Assembly (NCBI GenBank): GCA_028714675.1
Contig: JAQTLV010000005.1
Span: 3,475 to 67,474 of the forward strand
Direction: 5' to 3'
Length of the DNA: 64,000 nucleotides
From: Sulfurovaceae bacterium
GTDB taxonomy: Bacteria; Campylobacterota; Campylobacteria; Campylobacterales; Sulfurovaceae
Both the position numbers and the translations under genes were made by a program. Positions 32,722 through 43,811 of this stretch are shown piece by piece (position 1 is the stretch's first letter; every line of letters starts with the position of its first letter). The notes beneath the pieces are model-generated. The model saw only the letters and a list, made by a program, of their open reading frames with translations, did no database searches and was not told the origin of the DNA.

Positions 32722-33675
32722 CTATTTTTTACTCTTAAGCAATAGATTTAATTTCGCTTGATTTCTAAGCCACTCTTTTTGCTCAATCGCTGGAAAGCCT
32801 CCATAAACTTTGTTACCGTCAAGCGATTTTGTAACACCTGCCATGCCTGCAATTTGAGCAAAATCACCTATTTTTAGATGTCCAGCAGATGCACTTTGTC
32901 CGCCCATTACAACATTCCTGCCAAGTATCGTTGAGCCAGCAAGCCCAACTTGTGCTGTCATGATAGAGTACTCTCCTATCTCGCAATTATGTGCTATTTG
33001 TATAAGATTATCTAGTTTTGCACCTTTTTTGATGGTTGTGCTTCCAAATACAGCTCTATCAATTGCACAGCTTGCGCCTATTTCTACATCATCTTCTATA
33101 ATAACATTTCCATTTTGATATATTTTTACATGTTCGCCCATTTTTGTATGAGCAAAACCAAACCCATCACTACCTATAACTGTTCCACTATGTATTATAC
33201 AGTTTGAGCCTATATGGCAATGATGATAGATGGATACATTTGGATTTATGATAGTATTGTCCCCTACTGTTACATCGTCTCCGATATATACCCCAGCCAT
33301 TACTGTGACATTATCTCCCAAGGTTACATTGACACCAAAGGTTGCTTTTGATGATATATCACAATTTGTGCCTGTCATTGGTTTTTCTTCTTTTGTTTGA
33401 AGCTTATATGCAAAAAACCTTGAAGCAAGAGCGAGTTTCAGATATGGCTCGTCTGTAATAAGTGCTATTGTAGTTTTGGGTAGCAGACTGGCATATTTTG
33501 ATTCTATAAAAACAGCTGCTGCTTTTGTATCTGGCAAACTATCTTTGTATTTTTCATTATTAAAAAAACTAAGTTCACAATTTCTAGCTTCACTCAATGT
33601 ATGAATACCAGATATTTCTAAATCGTTGTTAATTAACTTAAGCCCTATCTCTTTACATATTTCACTTAATAACAT
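32722..33675 (-). CDS. lpxD: UDP-3-O-acylglucosamine N-acyltransferase
   Basis: 317-aa ORF with many hexapeptide repeats (left-handed beta-helix) and an LpxD-type N-terminal domain. Confidence 0.9.
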   Translation of the reverse strand: MLLSEICKEIGLKLINNDLEISGIHTLSEARNCELSFFNNEKYKDSLPDTKAAAVFIESKYASLLPKTTIALITDEPYLKLALASRFFAYKLQTKEEKPMTGTNCDISSKATFGVNVTLGDNVTVMAGVYIGDDVTVGDNTIINPNVSIYHHCHIGSNCIIHSGTVIGSDGFGFAHTKMGEHVKIYQNGNVIIEDDVEIGASCAIDRAVFGSTTIKKGAKLDNLIQIAHNCEIGEYSIMTAQVGLAGSTILGRNVVMGGQSASAGHLKIGDFAQIAGMAGVTKSLDGNKVYGGFPAIEQKEWLRNQAKLNLLLKSKK

Positions 33676-33678
33676 GGG

Positions 33679-34152
33679 CTATCTCTCAATGGCTACAACA
33701 CCGCCTCTAACAATTTCCAATGGATTGTATCTTTGTGCTGCACTTATAAAATACTCTACTCTTTTTGATTCATCTGCAACCATAGCTATTACACTATTTT
33801 CGCCTGCATTTACTATGCCGCCGTTGTATGCATCACAAAGAGCTTTTATGTCTGATAAACTTTCATTGGATGAAAACTTTATCAAAACCATCTCTTTTTC
33901 AACCATATTCTCATCTTGCTCTATAACTTTAAGTGTTGAGATAAGTTTATTTAACTGCTTAGTTATCTGTTCTATAACCTTTGCATTACCCTTGGTAACT
34001 ATAGTAAATCTTGAAAGATTGCTTTTTGGTATTGGTGCAACAGTAAGTGATTCTATATTGTAACCTCTTCCTGCAAAAAGTCCAGAAACCCTAGCAAGAA
34101 CAGAACTTTCATTCATGGCTATTACGGATATTACTCTTCTAACTTCTTGCAT
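33679..34152 (-). CDS. ilvH: acetolactate synthase small (regulatory) subunit
   Basis: 157-aa ORF with an ACT domain start (NESSVLARVSGLFAGRGYNIESLTV). It directly follows the large subunit. Confidence 0.9.
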   Translation of the reverse strand: MQEVRRVISVIAMNESSVLARVSGLFAGRGYNIESLTVAPIPKSNLSRFTIVTKGNAKVIEQITKQLNKLISTLKVIEQDENMVEKEMVLIKFSSNESLSDIKALCDAYNGGIVNAGENSVIAMVADESKRVEYFISAAQRYNPLEIVRGGVVAIER

Positions 34153-35846
34153 TATTTATCCTTGTGTTCAAGTAACATATTATACAAAGCTCCGCCTGCT
34201 GGTACCATAGGCAAAACATTTTCAAATCTACTTATTATTACATTCATAAAACAAACTTTATTTTGTTTTATAGCATCTTTTAGTGCTTCATCAAACTCTT
34301 TTTTTGTCGTAACATCATATCCTATGCCGCCACATGCCTCAGCCAAAGCTTTAAAATTTGGTTGAAAACTTAAATCAGTCTCAGAATATCTTTTATCATA
34401 AAAGAAAGTCTGCCACTGTCTAACCATCCCTAAAAAGTGATTATTTAATATAATATTTATAACTGGTATTTTATACTCGGATGCCGTTACAAGCTCTTGC
34501 ATATTCATAAGTATTGAACCATCCCCAGTAAAATTTACAACAACTTTATCTGGAACGCCTCTTTTTGCTCCAATAGCTGCTGGAAAACCAAATCCCATAG
34601 TTCCAAGACCACCGGAATTTATCCATTGTCTTGGTCTATCAAAAGGATAAAATTGAGCAGTCCACATTTGATGTTGTCCAACATCTGATGTGATTATCGC
34701 ATCTTTTCCTAATATCTCTCCTACCCTTTGTATAACCCATTGTGGCTTTAAAACTTCATCACTATCTTCATATTTTAGCGGATGAAGCCCATTGTATCTA
34801 TCGAGTATTTCTCTCCAAGGCTGATATCTATCTGGATTTATATGATGTTTCAAAAGAGACAACATCTTTTCTACAACATCTTTAACCGATCCAACTATAG
34901 GATAATCAACATCTACAAGCTTACCTATATTTGCTGGATCTATATCAACATGTATAACATCTGCATATTTTGCAAATTCACTTAGCTTTCCTGTAACCCT
35001 ATCATCAAATCTAGCACCTAAAGAGATAATCAAATCAGATTCACTCATCGCCATATTTGAAGAATAATTTCCATGCATTCCAGGCATACCTAAAAGTAAT
35101 GGATTATCATACCCCATAATACCTCTTGCCATCAGTGTTTCAACAGCAGGTATTTGCGTAAGATTTGCAAACTCTTTTACAAGTTCGCTAGAGTTACTTA
35201 AAATTACCCCACCACCAAGATAAAGCAATGGTTTTTTAGCATTCAAAATAGCATCAACAGCTTTTTTGATTTGTCTATCATTGCCTTTATAACTAGGTTT
35301 ATATGTAGGTATATTTACCTCTTTTGGATAATTAAACTCACCCATTTCTGCTGTTATATCTTTTGGTATATCAACCAAAACTGGGCCTGGTCTACCTGAA
35401 CTAGCTATATAAAATGCCTCTTTCATTATTCTAGGTAACTCTTCAAGCGAGCTAACCAAATAATTATGTTTTGTACAAGGTCTTGATATGCCAACTGCAT
35501 CAATCTCTTGAAAACCATCAGTGCCGATAAGAGATAATGATACTTGTCCAGAAATAACAACTAGAGGAATAGAATCTGTAAAAGCAGTAGCTATCCCTGT
35601 GACAGCATTTGTAAAGCCTGGTCCGCTTGTAACCATTGCGACACCGACTTTACCTGTTGCTCTAGCATATCCATCTGCAGCATGAACTGCAGCTTGTTCG
35701 TGACGAGTCAATATATGTTCAAATCCATCTTGTTTATAGATGGCATCATATACATTCATTATAGCACCACCAGGGTAACCAAAAACTGTAGTTACGCCTT
35801 CGGCGATGAGGGCTTCGCACACCATTTGTGCACCACTCATTTTCAT
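34152..35846 (-). CDS. ilvI: acetolactate synthase large subunit
   Basis: 564-aa ThDP enzyme with GYPGGAI, GGLGTMGFGFPAAIGA and GDGSILMN motifs. Confidence 0.95.
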   Translation of the reverse strand: MKMSGAQMVCEALIAEGVTTVFGYPGGAIMNVYDAIYKQDGFEHILTRHEQAAVHAADGYARATGKVGVAMVTSGPGFTNAVTGIATAFTDSIPLVVISGQVSLSLIGTDGFQEIDAVGISRPCTKHNYLVSSLEELPRIMKEAFYIASSGRPGPVLVDIPKDITAEMGEFNYPKEVNIPTYKPSYKGNDRQIKKAVDAILNAKKPLLYLGGGVILSNSSELVKEFANLTQIPAVETLMARGIMGYDNPLLLGMPGMHGNYSSNMAMSESDLIISLGARFDDRVTGKLSEFAKYADVIHVDIDPANIGKLVDVDYPIVGSVKDVVEKMLSLLKHHINPDRYQPWREILDRYNGLHPLKYEDSDEVLKPQWVIQRVGEILGKDAIITSDVGQHQMWTAQFYPFDRPRQWINSGGLGTMGFGFPAAIGAKRGVPDKVVVNFTGDGSILMNMQELVTASEYKIPVINIILNNHFLGMVRQWQTFFYDKRYSETDLSFQPNFKALAEACGGIGYDVTTKKEFDEALKDAIKQNKVCFMNVIISRFENVLPMVPAGGALYNMLLEHKDK

Positions 35847-36002
35847 GATTTCTTCTCCAAAATATAATTTTCAATCATTATAACAAAAAATTATTAGATT
35901 TAATATGATTTATAGCCCACCAGATTGATATTTACTTACAATATTTCAAATCTATAACATCAATCGGATTCAAATTGTTTTCCCATTTAGCAAAATGTAA
36001 AT

Positions 36003-36902
36003 TTAAACCTTCTGGCACTCTTCTAACGCTACGCCTTCTCTTAATCCATCATCTATGACAATGCACTCTTTAAAACCTGCTGATTTGAGGATAAACTTAA
36101 GTATCAAAACACCAGTAGTTATCAAATCTTCTCTACCTACTCCAACACTTTTTTTTCTTGTTTTTTCATCCATAGATAACAATTTATTAAATTCTACATC
36201 TATATCATCGATTGTTATAGTAACTCCATTTATTTTTTTACTATCATAACTTTCATAGCTCATTCCTAGCTTCATGGCAGCTATAGTAGTTGGAGTACCT
36301 GCTGTTGCAACAAAAATATCTAAACTTCCAAATGTCTCTTTTGTGCTTTTTATAAAATCAACCATACTCACTTTGTCCTGATTTATTTCATAATTAATTT
36401 CGTCTAAGCTATCGTATTTTTGAGTTAGTGTAACAATTCCAAGTGGAAAACTTTTGGATATATAGTTATTGTCAGAATAAAAAATTATTTCTGTAGAACC
36501 TCCACCAATATCAACAAGCATAAAACTCTTTTTAATACCTAATGTATTTAGTCTATATTTTACGGCAAACAATGTTAGTCTTGCCTCTTCATCGCCATCT
36601 ATAACTTCAAATTTTATACCAGTTTGATTTTCTATAGTTTCTAATACTTCTGAAGCATTTTTGGCTCGTCTTAAAGCCTCTGTAGTTACTGCTTTTATTT
36701 TATTATTGACAAGGTCATATTTTGAACCAATTAGCAAAATAGCATCTATAATTCTTTTTATGGCATCATCACTTATATTACCACTTTTGGCTATTCCATC
36801 AGCAGATTTGACAATAATACTATCTTCAAAAATTATCTCTAATGTAACACAATCAATAACAACACATCTAAGTGTATTTGAGCCCAAATCAAAAGCTATC
36901 AT
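36003..36902 (-). CDS. Ppx/GppA-family phosphatase, short form (N-terminal ASKHA domains only)
   Basis: 299-aa ORF with the FDLGSNTLRCVV and VDIGGGSTE motifs. It lacks the C-terminal extension of the 15333..16814 paralog. Confidence 0.7.
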   Translation of the reverse strand: MIAFDLGSNTLRCVVIDCVTLEIIFEDSIIVKSADGIAKSGNISDDAIKRIIDAILLIGSKYDLVNNKIKAVTTEALRRAKNASEVLETIENQTGIKFEVIDGDEEARLTLFAVKYRLNTLGIKKSFMLVDIGGGSTEIIFYSDNNYISKSFPLGIVTLTQKYDSLDEINYEINQDKVSMVDFIKSTKETFGSLDIFVATAGTPTTIAAMKLGMSYESYDSKKINGVTITIDDIDVEFNKLLSMDEKTRKKSVGVGREDLITTGVLILKFILKSAGFKECIVIDDGLREGVALEECQKV

Positions 36903-38114
36903 TTAGTGAATTTCTCTGAAACTAAATCCCGCCTCTTTTAGCTTAGCTCTTATCTCCTCTTGATGCTCAATTCCTTTGGTTTCAAGAGAAACAGACACAT
37001 GAGCATCTCCAAATTCTAAATCAATAGATGTTCTATCATACCCTATTTGAACTATATTAGCAGAAATATCTCTTAAAATTTCTGTGAACCTCATCAAAGC
37101 ACCCGGTCTATCAACTAAAGTTACTATCAATTTCATTTTTCTAGCACTTTTCATGAGTCCTTTTTCTATGATTAGTGAAAGCATAGTTACATCTATATTT
37201 CCGCCACTCACCACTATGCCTATATTTGTATTTTTTGGCATATCTATCTTGCCATGCATTAGTGCTGCAACGCCAACAGCTCCAGCACCTTCAACTAAAA
37301 GTTTTTGTTTTTCTAACAAAAAAAGTATAGCATTTGCAATTTCATCTTCACATACCGTTATCATCTCATCAACATTTTGAAGTATATACTCTAATGTAAA
37401 AGGAGATGTGTCTCTAACTGCAATTCCATCAGCAATAGTTCTAACACTTAAACTATCAATCGGTTTTTTAGCCTCGAATGACTCCTTCATAGCAGGAGCA
37501 CCCTCGGCACTAATACCGATGATTTTTATTTTTGGGTTGAGTTGTTTTGCAGCAAATGCCACTCCACTAATAAGTCCTCCGCCACCAACTGGCACTACTA
37601 TAGCATCAAGATTATCTATCTCTTCGAGCATCTCAAGTGCTATAGTTCCTTGTCCTGCGATGACATCATCATCTGCAAACGGATGAACAAAAACAGCTCC
37701 ATTTTCTTTGGCATATGATATAGCTTTTGCATATGCTTCATCATAATTCATTCCATGCAATATTACTTCTGCACCAAGTGCTATTACACCTTGTATCTTT
37801 GTAAGTGGAGTCGATTCTGGCATAACTATAGTTGCAAGCAAACCAAAATAACTTGCAGCAAATGCCACTCCTTGAGCATGATTTCCTGCACTTGATGCAA
37901 CTACATTTGCATTTTTATTTTCTTTTGCAACTAATGCGATTTTATTGAAAGCGCCTCTTAGTTTAAATGAACCTGTTATCTGAAGGTTCTCTTTTTTAAG
38001 ATATATATTGTATCCGCTTAGTTTGCTTAGATTTGGTGCAAATGAAAAGGGGGTTTTAGACACAACACCATTTAGGCATACTTTGGCATCTTTGAAATTT
38101 TCAAAGTTTAACAT
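36903..38114 (-). CDS. ilvA: threonine ammonia-lyase (threonine dehydratase)
   Basis: 403-aa ORF with the PLP lysine motif TGSFKLRGA, SAGNHAQG, and a single C-terminal ACT-like domain. Confidence 0.92.
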   Translation of the reverse strand: MLNFENFKDAKVCLNGVVSKTPFSFAPNLSKLSGYNIYLKKENLQITGSFKLRGAFNKIALVAKENKNANVVASSAGNHAQGVAFAASYFGLLATIVMPESTPLTKIQGVIALGAEVILHGMNYDEAYAKAISYAKENGAVFVHPFADDDVIAGQGTIALEMLEEIDNLDAIVVPVGGGGLISGVAFAAKQLNPKIKIIGISAEGAPAMKESFEAKKPIDSLSVRTIADGIAVRDTSPFTLEYILQNVDEMITVCEDEIANAILFLLEKQKLLVEGAGAVGVAALMHGKIDMPKNTNIGIVVSGGNIDVTMLSLIIEKGLMKSARKMKLIVTLVDRPGALMRFTEILRDISANIVQIGYDRTSIDLEFGDAHVSVSLETKGIEHQEEIRAKLKEAGFSFREIH

Positions 38115-38238
38115 TTAATTTTCCTGTTATATAAATAAAAGGTATCTCTAAAATTTATCCTTCTATGAATTGAATAAATTTTTAAAGATGCTTTTGGATA
38201 AAATTATAACGAAAAGATACTGCAAACAAGGACTAAAT

Positions 38239-38664
38239 ATGGAGTGTGAATTTCCAACTGTCAATATTGACCCGCAAGAGATGAAAGAAATTTTTCAAAA
38301 TACCAAAACAATTGCAATTATTGGATGTTCTCCAGATCCAAGTAAAGCAAGTAATATGGTAGCATCTTATCTAAAAAATGTAGGTTTTAAAATAGTACCA
38401 GTTTATCCAAAAGAAGATACTATTTTAGGCGAAAAAGTATATAGAAGTTTAAGTGAAATTCCTTTTAAAGTGGATATGGTTGATATTTTCAGAAAACCTG
38501 CAGAGATAGCAAATGTAGTTGATGAATGTATCAAAAGAGGCAATGTACAATATGTATGGACACAGCTCGGTTTAGTTAATAATGAAGCAGCTCAAAAAGC
38601 ACAAGATGCTGGCATAAAAGTTGTACAAAGCAGATGTACGAAAATAGAGCATCAAAAGTTATAA
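38239..38664 (+). CDS. CoA-binding domain protein (YccU/YneT-like)
   Basis: KTIAIIGCSPDPSKASNMVASYL...VPVYP...VDIFR pattern. I prefer the ATG at 38239, which has AAGGA upstream, to the TTG at 38170. Confidence 0.75.
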   Translation: MECEFPTVNIDPQEMKEIFQNTKTIAIIGCSPDPSKASNMVASYLKNVGFKIVPVYPKEDTILGEKVYRSLSEIPFKVDMVDIFRKPAEIANVVDECIKRGNVQYVWTQLGLVNNEAAQKAQDAGIKVVQSRCTKIEHQKL

Positions 38665-38681
38665 ATATTTTATCCACACTG

Positions 38682-39380
38682 TCAATCTAAAAATATCCAT
38701 TTGCCACTCTCTAATGAATTTGGCAATATGTATTCTCCTACGCTAATTCTGTGTAATTTCTCTACTCTATTGCCGACTGCCGATATCATTCTTTTTACCT
38801 GATGATATTTACCTTCACCAATAGATAACTCTATCTCATGGGTTGATTTTCGCTTTACTAATAATGCTTGTATATCTTTCTTTTCTTGGTGTAGTAAAAC
38901 TCCATTCATTAGTGCTTCTATCATTTCACTACTAATCTCATGTTTGCACTCTACTTTATATGTTTTGGGGATATGATTTTTTGGCGATGTATATTTGTGT
39001 ATAAAATCTCCATCATCACTAAAAAGCAAAAGTCCAGTAGTGTCTGCATCAAGTCTGCCAACACATTGCAAGTTCCTAACTAAAAACTCATTTGGAAATA
39101 GTGAAAAAATGCTAGGATAATGACTGGGATTGTGTGAACATTCATATCCATCTGGCTTGTTCATCATAATATACAATTTATCTCTATAGTATGACTTTTT
39201 ACCATCAACTTCTAATTCTAGATTTTCAAGCTCAAAAAGCTTATCTTTTTCATAACATGTCAGACCATTTGCATTTACCATGCCCATTTTTATCATCTTT
39301 GTGCATACACTTCTACTGCCAAAACCTTGGCTTTGAAGTATTTTTATTAAACTCATTGTGCCTTGTGTTTTTTTACTCAT
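38682..39380 (-). CDS. RsuA/RluB-family rRNA pseudouridine synthase
   Basis: 232-aa ORF with an S4-like N-terminus and the catalytic motif GRLDADTTGLLLFSDDG. Confidence 0.85.
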   Translation of the reverse strand: MSKKTQGTMSLIKILQSQGFGSRSVCTKMIKMGMVNANGLTCYEKDKLFELENLELEVDGKKSYYRDKLYIMMNKPDGYECSHNPSHYPSIFSLFPNEFLVRNLQCVGRLDADTTGLLLFSDDGDFIHKYTSPKNHIPKTYKVECKHEISSEMIEALMNGVLLHQEKKDIQALLVKRKSTHEIELSIGEGKYHQVKRMISAVGNRVEKLHRISVGEYILPNSLESGKWIFLD

Positions 39381-40486
39381 TTTGAAAACCTTTTCAAAAA
39401 TACCCCGCTCTCTATATGATTTGTATATGGAAACTGATCAAACACAGCACCATCTAAAATATTATGAGTCGTAGTGAGAGTTTCTAAATCTCTAGCAAGA
39501 GTTTGAGGATTGCAAGAAATGTATATAATATACTCTATTTTTGAAATCAAATTTATAGTATCACTGTCAAGTCCTGCACGAGGAGGATCTACAAGCACAC
39601 AAGAAAAATTAAACTCTTTTAGATTTATATCTTTTAGTCGATTAAACTCCCTATCCCCGCTCAAAGCTTCACTCATCTCTTCACTGGATAATCTTATAAA
39701 GCTTATATTGTGTATATCATTTATCTTGCAATTTTCAAGTGCATTATAAATAGATTTTTTTGAAACTTCAGTTGCCAATACTTTATCAAAGCAAGATGAA
39801 AGTGGCAATGTAAAATTACCAAGCCCACAATAGCTCTCAAGCAAGTCACCATAACCAACACTAGATGCTTTCTCTTTTGCCCAACTTATCATCTTTTCAT
39901 TTACTTTTGGATTTGGCTGGGTAAATCCTCCATCATATTGAATGTATCTATATTTACTATTATCTACATTCAACTCTTCGGCTATATATTCTTTTGAAAG
40001 AACTAGTTTTTGCCCCCTACTTCTGCCTATAATTTTTACTTTCAAAATCTTTTCTAGCTCTTTTGCTTGTGCTATCCAATCATCATCAAGTTTTTTATGA
40101 TAAAGCATCGTCACAAGAACATCATCAAGAGTAGAACTTAAAAATTCTACGCCAAAAAGTTTTCTTTTTAAAATCTCAGATGAATTGATAATCTCAAGTA
40201 ATTTCCACATACGATTTATTATCGGCTTTAAAACCATTTTACACTCTTGGATTTTTATAACTCCATTTTTATCCATATTTGTCATGGCATAACTACACTC
40301 ATCACCATCATGCCAAATCCTAAACTCTGCTCTTGCTCTATAATTTTGTTTAGGTGAATCAAAAATGGTAATATTTTCATACTCTATAAGTTCTGAAACT
40401 TTTTTGCTCTTTTCTTGAAGTTGCTTTTCATAATCTAAATTATACAAATTACAAGCACCACAAAATCCAAAGTGTTTACACTGCAT
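39377..40486 (-). CDS. trmA: tRNA (uracil-5-)-methyltransferase TrmA-like
   Basis: 369-aa ORF with FTQPN, the SAM motif LLESYCGLGNFTL, VDPPRAGLD, and ISCNPQTLARD containing the catalytic Cys. Confidence 0.85.
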   Translation of the reverse strand: MQCKHFGFCGACNLYNLDYEKQLQEKSKKVSELIEYENITIFDSPKQNYRARAEFRIWHDGDECSYAMTNMDKNGVIKIQECKMVLKPIINRMWKLLEIINSSEILKRKLFGVEFLSSTLDDVLVTMLYHKKLDDDWIAQAKELEKILKVKIIGRSRGQKLVLSKEYIAEELNVDNSKYRYIQYDGGFTQPNPKVNEKMISWAKEKASSVGYGDLLESYCGLGNFTLPLSSCFDKVLATEVSKKSIYNALENCKINDIHNISFIRLSSEEMSEALSGDREFNRLKDINLKEFNFSCVLVDPPRAGLDSDTINLISKIEYIIYISCNPQTLARDLETLTTTHNILDGAVFDQFPYTNHIESGVFLKRFSK

Positions 40487-40573
40487 TTTTAGCCTTTTTG
40501 TGTCATTTTAATTACAACTAAGATATAATCACGATAATTAGTATATTTTATTTTACCCAACAAAGGCTAAAAA

Positions 40574-41869
40574 GTGAATGTAAGTGTTGTAATTCTAGCT
40601 GCTGGACAAGGCACGAGAATGAAATCAAATTTACCAAAAGTTCTTCATGAAATATCAGGTAAACCTATGTTGTTTCATGCCATCGAAGTTGCTCAAAAAA
40701 TAAGTGATGACATAACTATTATACTTTTTCATGAAGCTGATATGATAAAATCAAAGATTAAAGAGATTTATTCCAATATAAATTTTCATATCCAAGATGC
40801 TGTAAATTTCCCAGGTACTGGTGGGGCTATGATGGGAGTATCTACAAAATATGAAAAAACTTTGATACTCAATGGTGATATGCCGCTAGTTACAGATGAA
40901 GCACTTCATAATCTAATAGGCCAAAAAAGCGATATAACAATGAGTGTTATAAAGCTTGTCAATCCAAGTGGATATGGAAGAGTTGTTATAGAAAATGAGG
41001 AAGTGAAACATATTGTTGAACAAAAAGACTGCAACGAAGAGCAACTAAAAATAAACGATGTTAATGCTGGTGTTTACTGCATCAAAAGTGAGCTTTTAAA
41101 AAAATATATTCCGACATTAAAAAATGATAATGCTCAAAAAGAATATTATTTAACAGACATTATCGAAATGGCAGTAAATGATAATCTGCATATTAAACCA
41201 ATATTTGTTAATGAAGAAGAATTCAAAGGAGTCAATTCTAAACTTGACTTATCACACGCCGAAGACATTATGCAAACAAGAATTCGTTCACATTGGATGA
41301 GAGAAGGGGTAATCATGAGATTACCTAACACTATATATATTGATTCAAGAGCTATTTTTGAAGGTGAATGTAATATAGAAAATGGTGTTAGTATAATAGG
41401 AAATTGTCATATCAAAAATTCTCACATAAAAGCAGGAAGTGTAATAGAAAATTCCAAAATAACCCATAGCGATATAGGTCCAATGGCAAGAGTACGGCCA
41501 GATAGTGATCTGATTGACACACACATTGGTAATTTTGTTGAGATAAAAAAATCAACTCTTAATGGTGTAAAGGCAGGTCATCTGAGTTACATCGGTGATG
41601 CAAGTGTTGAGGCTGGAACAAATATAGGAGCTGGAACAATCACTTGCAACTATGATGGAAAAGCTAAGCATAAAACTGTTATAGGTAAAAATGTATTTAT
41701 CGGAAGTGACTCTCAACTTGTGGCTCCAGTAAATATTCCAGATAATGTTATGATAGCAGCAGGCACTACGGTAACAAAAAATCCAAGTAGTGGTGATTTG
41801 GTATTGAGTAGAACAACGCAAAAAAGTATAGCAAACTTTTTTTATAAATTTTTTGGTACAAAAAAATGA
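40574..41869 (+). CDS. glmU: bifunctional GlcNAc-1-P uridyltransferase / GlcN-1-P acetyltransferase
   Basis: 431-aa ORF with a GTG start, LAAGQGTRMKS, and C-terminal hexapeptide repeats. Confidence 0.93.
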   Translation: MNVSVVILAAGQGTRMKSNLPKVLHEISGKPMLFHAIEVAQKISDDITIILFHEADMIKSKIKEIYSNINFHIQDAVNFPGTGGAMMGVSTKYEKTLILNGDMPLVTDEALHNLIGQKSDITMSVIKLVNPSGYGRVVIENEEVKHIVEQKDCNEEQLKINDVNAGVYCIKSELLKKYIPTLKNDNAQKEYYLTDIIEMAVNDNLHIKPIFVNEEEFKGVNSKLDLSHAEDIMQTRIRSHWMREGVIMRLPNTIYIDSRAIFEGECNIENGVSIIGNCHIKNSHIKAGSVIENSKITHSDIGPMARVRPDSDLIDTHIGNFVEIKKSTLNGVKAGHLSYIGDASVEAGTNIGAGTITCNYDGKAKHKTVIGKNVFIGSDSQLVAPVNIPDNVMIAAGTTVTKNPSSGDLVLSRTTQKSIANFFYKFFGTKK

Positions 41870-43131
41870 ATATAGATTTAACCGGTAAAAAAATAGTAAT
41901 AGGTGTAACTGGAAGCATTTCAGTATACAAAGCATGTGATATTGCAAGACTTTTTATAAAAGCTGGAGCAAATGTACAAGTAGTAATGAGCGAAGCTGCA
42001 AAGAGATTTGTAACTCCTCTTACTTTTGAAGCATTAACGAGAAATATTGTTCTTCATGAAGGCAGTGAGAGTTGGGCAAGCAATCTAAATCATATAGAGA
42101 TAACTAAAGATTGTGATTTACTACTCATTGCTCCTGCCACTGCAAATACAATAAATAAGATGGCAAAAGGGATATGCGACAATATACTGCTTGAAACTAT
42201 TATTGCTTTTAATAAACCAATTGCAATTGCACCTGCGGCAAATACAAATATGCTAGAAAATCATCAAACTAAAAACTCACTAAAAATGTTAGCTGTTAGT
42301 GATATAACTATCATAGAACCTCAAAATAAACTACTTGCTTGTGGCGATACTGGCAGTGGAGCATTGGCTGAGCCAAGTGAAATTTTTTGGGAATGCTCTA
42401 AAATACTCCTAAAAGATAGTTTCTGGGAAAACCGAAGAGTAGTGGTAACTGGTGGTGGAACTAGAGAAAAAATAGATGATGTAAGATTTATCTCAAATTA
42501 TTCTAGTGGTAAAATGGCAAATTCTATCGCAACTGCATTGCACTTGAAAGGTGCCGATGTATGCTTAATTACAACTGCAAAACACGACAGTATCCCTAAA
42601 AATATTTATACTATAGATGTAGAAAGTGCTACAGAAATGATGGACTTTACTATAGATGCCATCAGAGTTGCAAAAAAAGGTGTTATGAGCAAACCCAGCA
42701 TAAGCAACCCTGATTCTATTGCTTTGATACAAAAAGAACCATATCTTTTTATGGTTGCGGCTATTGCTGATTTTACTCCAACATATCCACAAGTTGGCAA
42801 AATCAAAAAAAGTGACATTGGAGAGCATTGGGAAATTAAATTAAAACAAAATCCTGATATTTTAAATTCAATAGATAAAAATGGGATTAAAACTGTTGCA
42901 TTTAAAGCAGAAATGAACAAAGAAAATGGTTTAAAAAATGCATATAGTTTAATGAAGCAAAAAAGTGTGGATGCTGTGTGTTACAATCATATCTCAGAAG
43001 AAAATAACTTTGGGAGTGATGAAAATAAAATCGTTTGGATAACAGATAACGAAGAGGTAAACTTTGATAAAAAAGATAAACTCTCTCTCGCATTTGATGT
43101 ATTAGAAACATCCAAGAAGTTATCTAAATGA
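41866..43131 (+). CDS. coaBC: phosphopantothenoylcysteine decarboxylase / phosphopantothenate-cysteine ligase
   Basis: 421-aa ORF with the flavoprotein N-terminal domain (GVTGSISVYK, PATANTINKMA) and a DFP C-terminal domain (ISNYSSGKM). Confidence 0.92.
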   Translation: MNIDLTGKKIVIGVTGSISVYKACDIARLFIKAGANVQVVMSEAAKRFVTPLTFEALTRNIVLHEGSESWASNLNHIEITKDCDLLLIAPATANTINKMAKGICDNILLETIIAFNKPIAIAPAANTNMLENHQTKNSLKMLAVSDITIIEPQNKLLACGDTGSGALAEPSEIFWECSKILLKDSFWENRRVVVTGGGTREKIDDVRFISNYSSGKMANSIATALHLKGADVCLITTAKHDSIPKNIYTIDVESATEMMDFTIDAIRVAKKGVMSKPSISNPDSIALIQKEPYLFMVAAIADFTPTYPQVGKIKKSDIGEHWEIKLKQNPDILNSIDKNGIKTVAFKAEMNKENGLKNAYSLMKQKSVDAVCYNHISEENNFGSDENKIVWITDNEEVNFDKKDKLSLAFDVLETSKKLSK

Positions 43132-43811
43132 AACAAAATTCTCTTGTAAATTTAGCCATCATAATGGATGGTAATGGCAGATGGGCAAAAGAGAGAGGAT
43201 TATCAAGATCCGCTGGACATGAAAAAGGTGCTGAAACTATAAGAGATATCACAGAGTATTGCTCAAAGCATAATACAATTAAAACACTAACTCTGTATGC
43301 TTTTAGTACTGAAAATTGGAAAAGACCCAAGCTAGAAGTAGATTTCTTGATGAAGCTACTTGAAAAATATCTTGAACGAGAATTTGAAACCTATAAAAAA
43401 TTTGATATAAAATTTGAAACTATTGGTGATTTATCAAAATTTTCAACCAAACTTCAAAAAAAAATTGAAAATGTAAAAAATGAAACCAAAAACAACCAAA
43501 AACTAACTCAGATATTAGCATTAAATTATGGTTCAAGAGATGAGATAATTAGAGCTGTCAATAAACTAATAAAACAAAATATAGAGATAACAGAAAAAAA
43601 TATATCAAGTGCATTAGATACACCTTATAGTGATATAGATTTGCTTATCAGAACAAGTGGCGAACAGAGAATGAGCAATTTTTTACTTTGGCAAACTATC
43701 TATAGTGAGCTTTTTTTCACTCCTACTCTATGGCCAGATTTTACATCTCAAGAGCTTGATGATATCATAAATGAATATTATGAAATTGATAGAAAATTTG
43801 GGGGACTCTAA
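43128..43811 (+). CDS. uppS: undecaprenyl diphosphate synthase
   Basis: 227-aa ORF with the IIMDGNGRWA, YAFSTENWKRP and RTSGEQRMSNFLLWQ motifs. Confidence 0.95.
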   Translation: MKQNSLVNLAIIMDGNGRWAKERGLSRSAGHEKGAETIRDITEYCSKHNTIKTLTLYAFSTENWKRPKLEVDFLMKLLEKYLEREFETYKKFDIKFETIGDLSKFSTKLQKKIENVKNETKNNQKLTQILALNYGSRDEIIRAVNKLIKQNIEITEKNISSALDTPYSDIDLLIRTSGEQRMSNFLLWQTIYSELFFTPTLWPDFTSQELDDIINEYYEIDRKFGGL

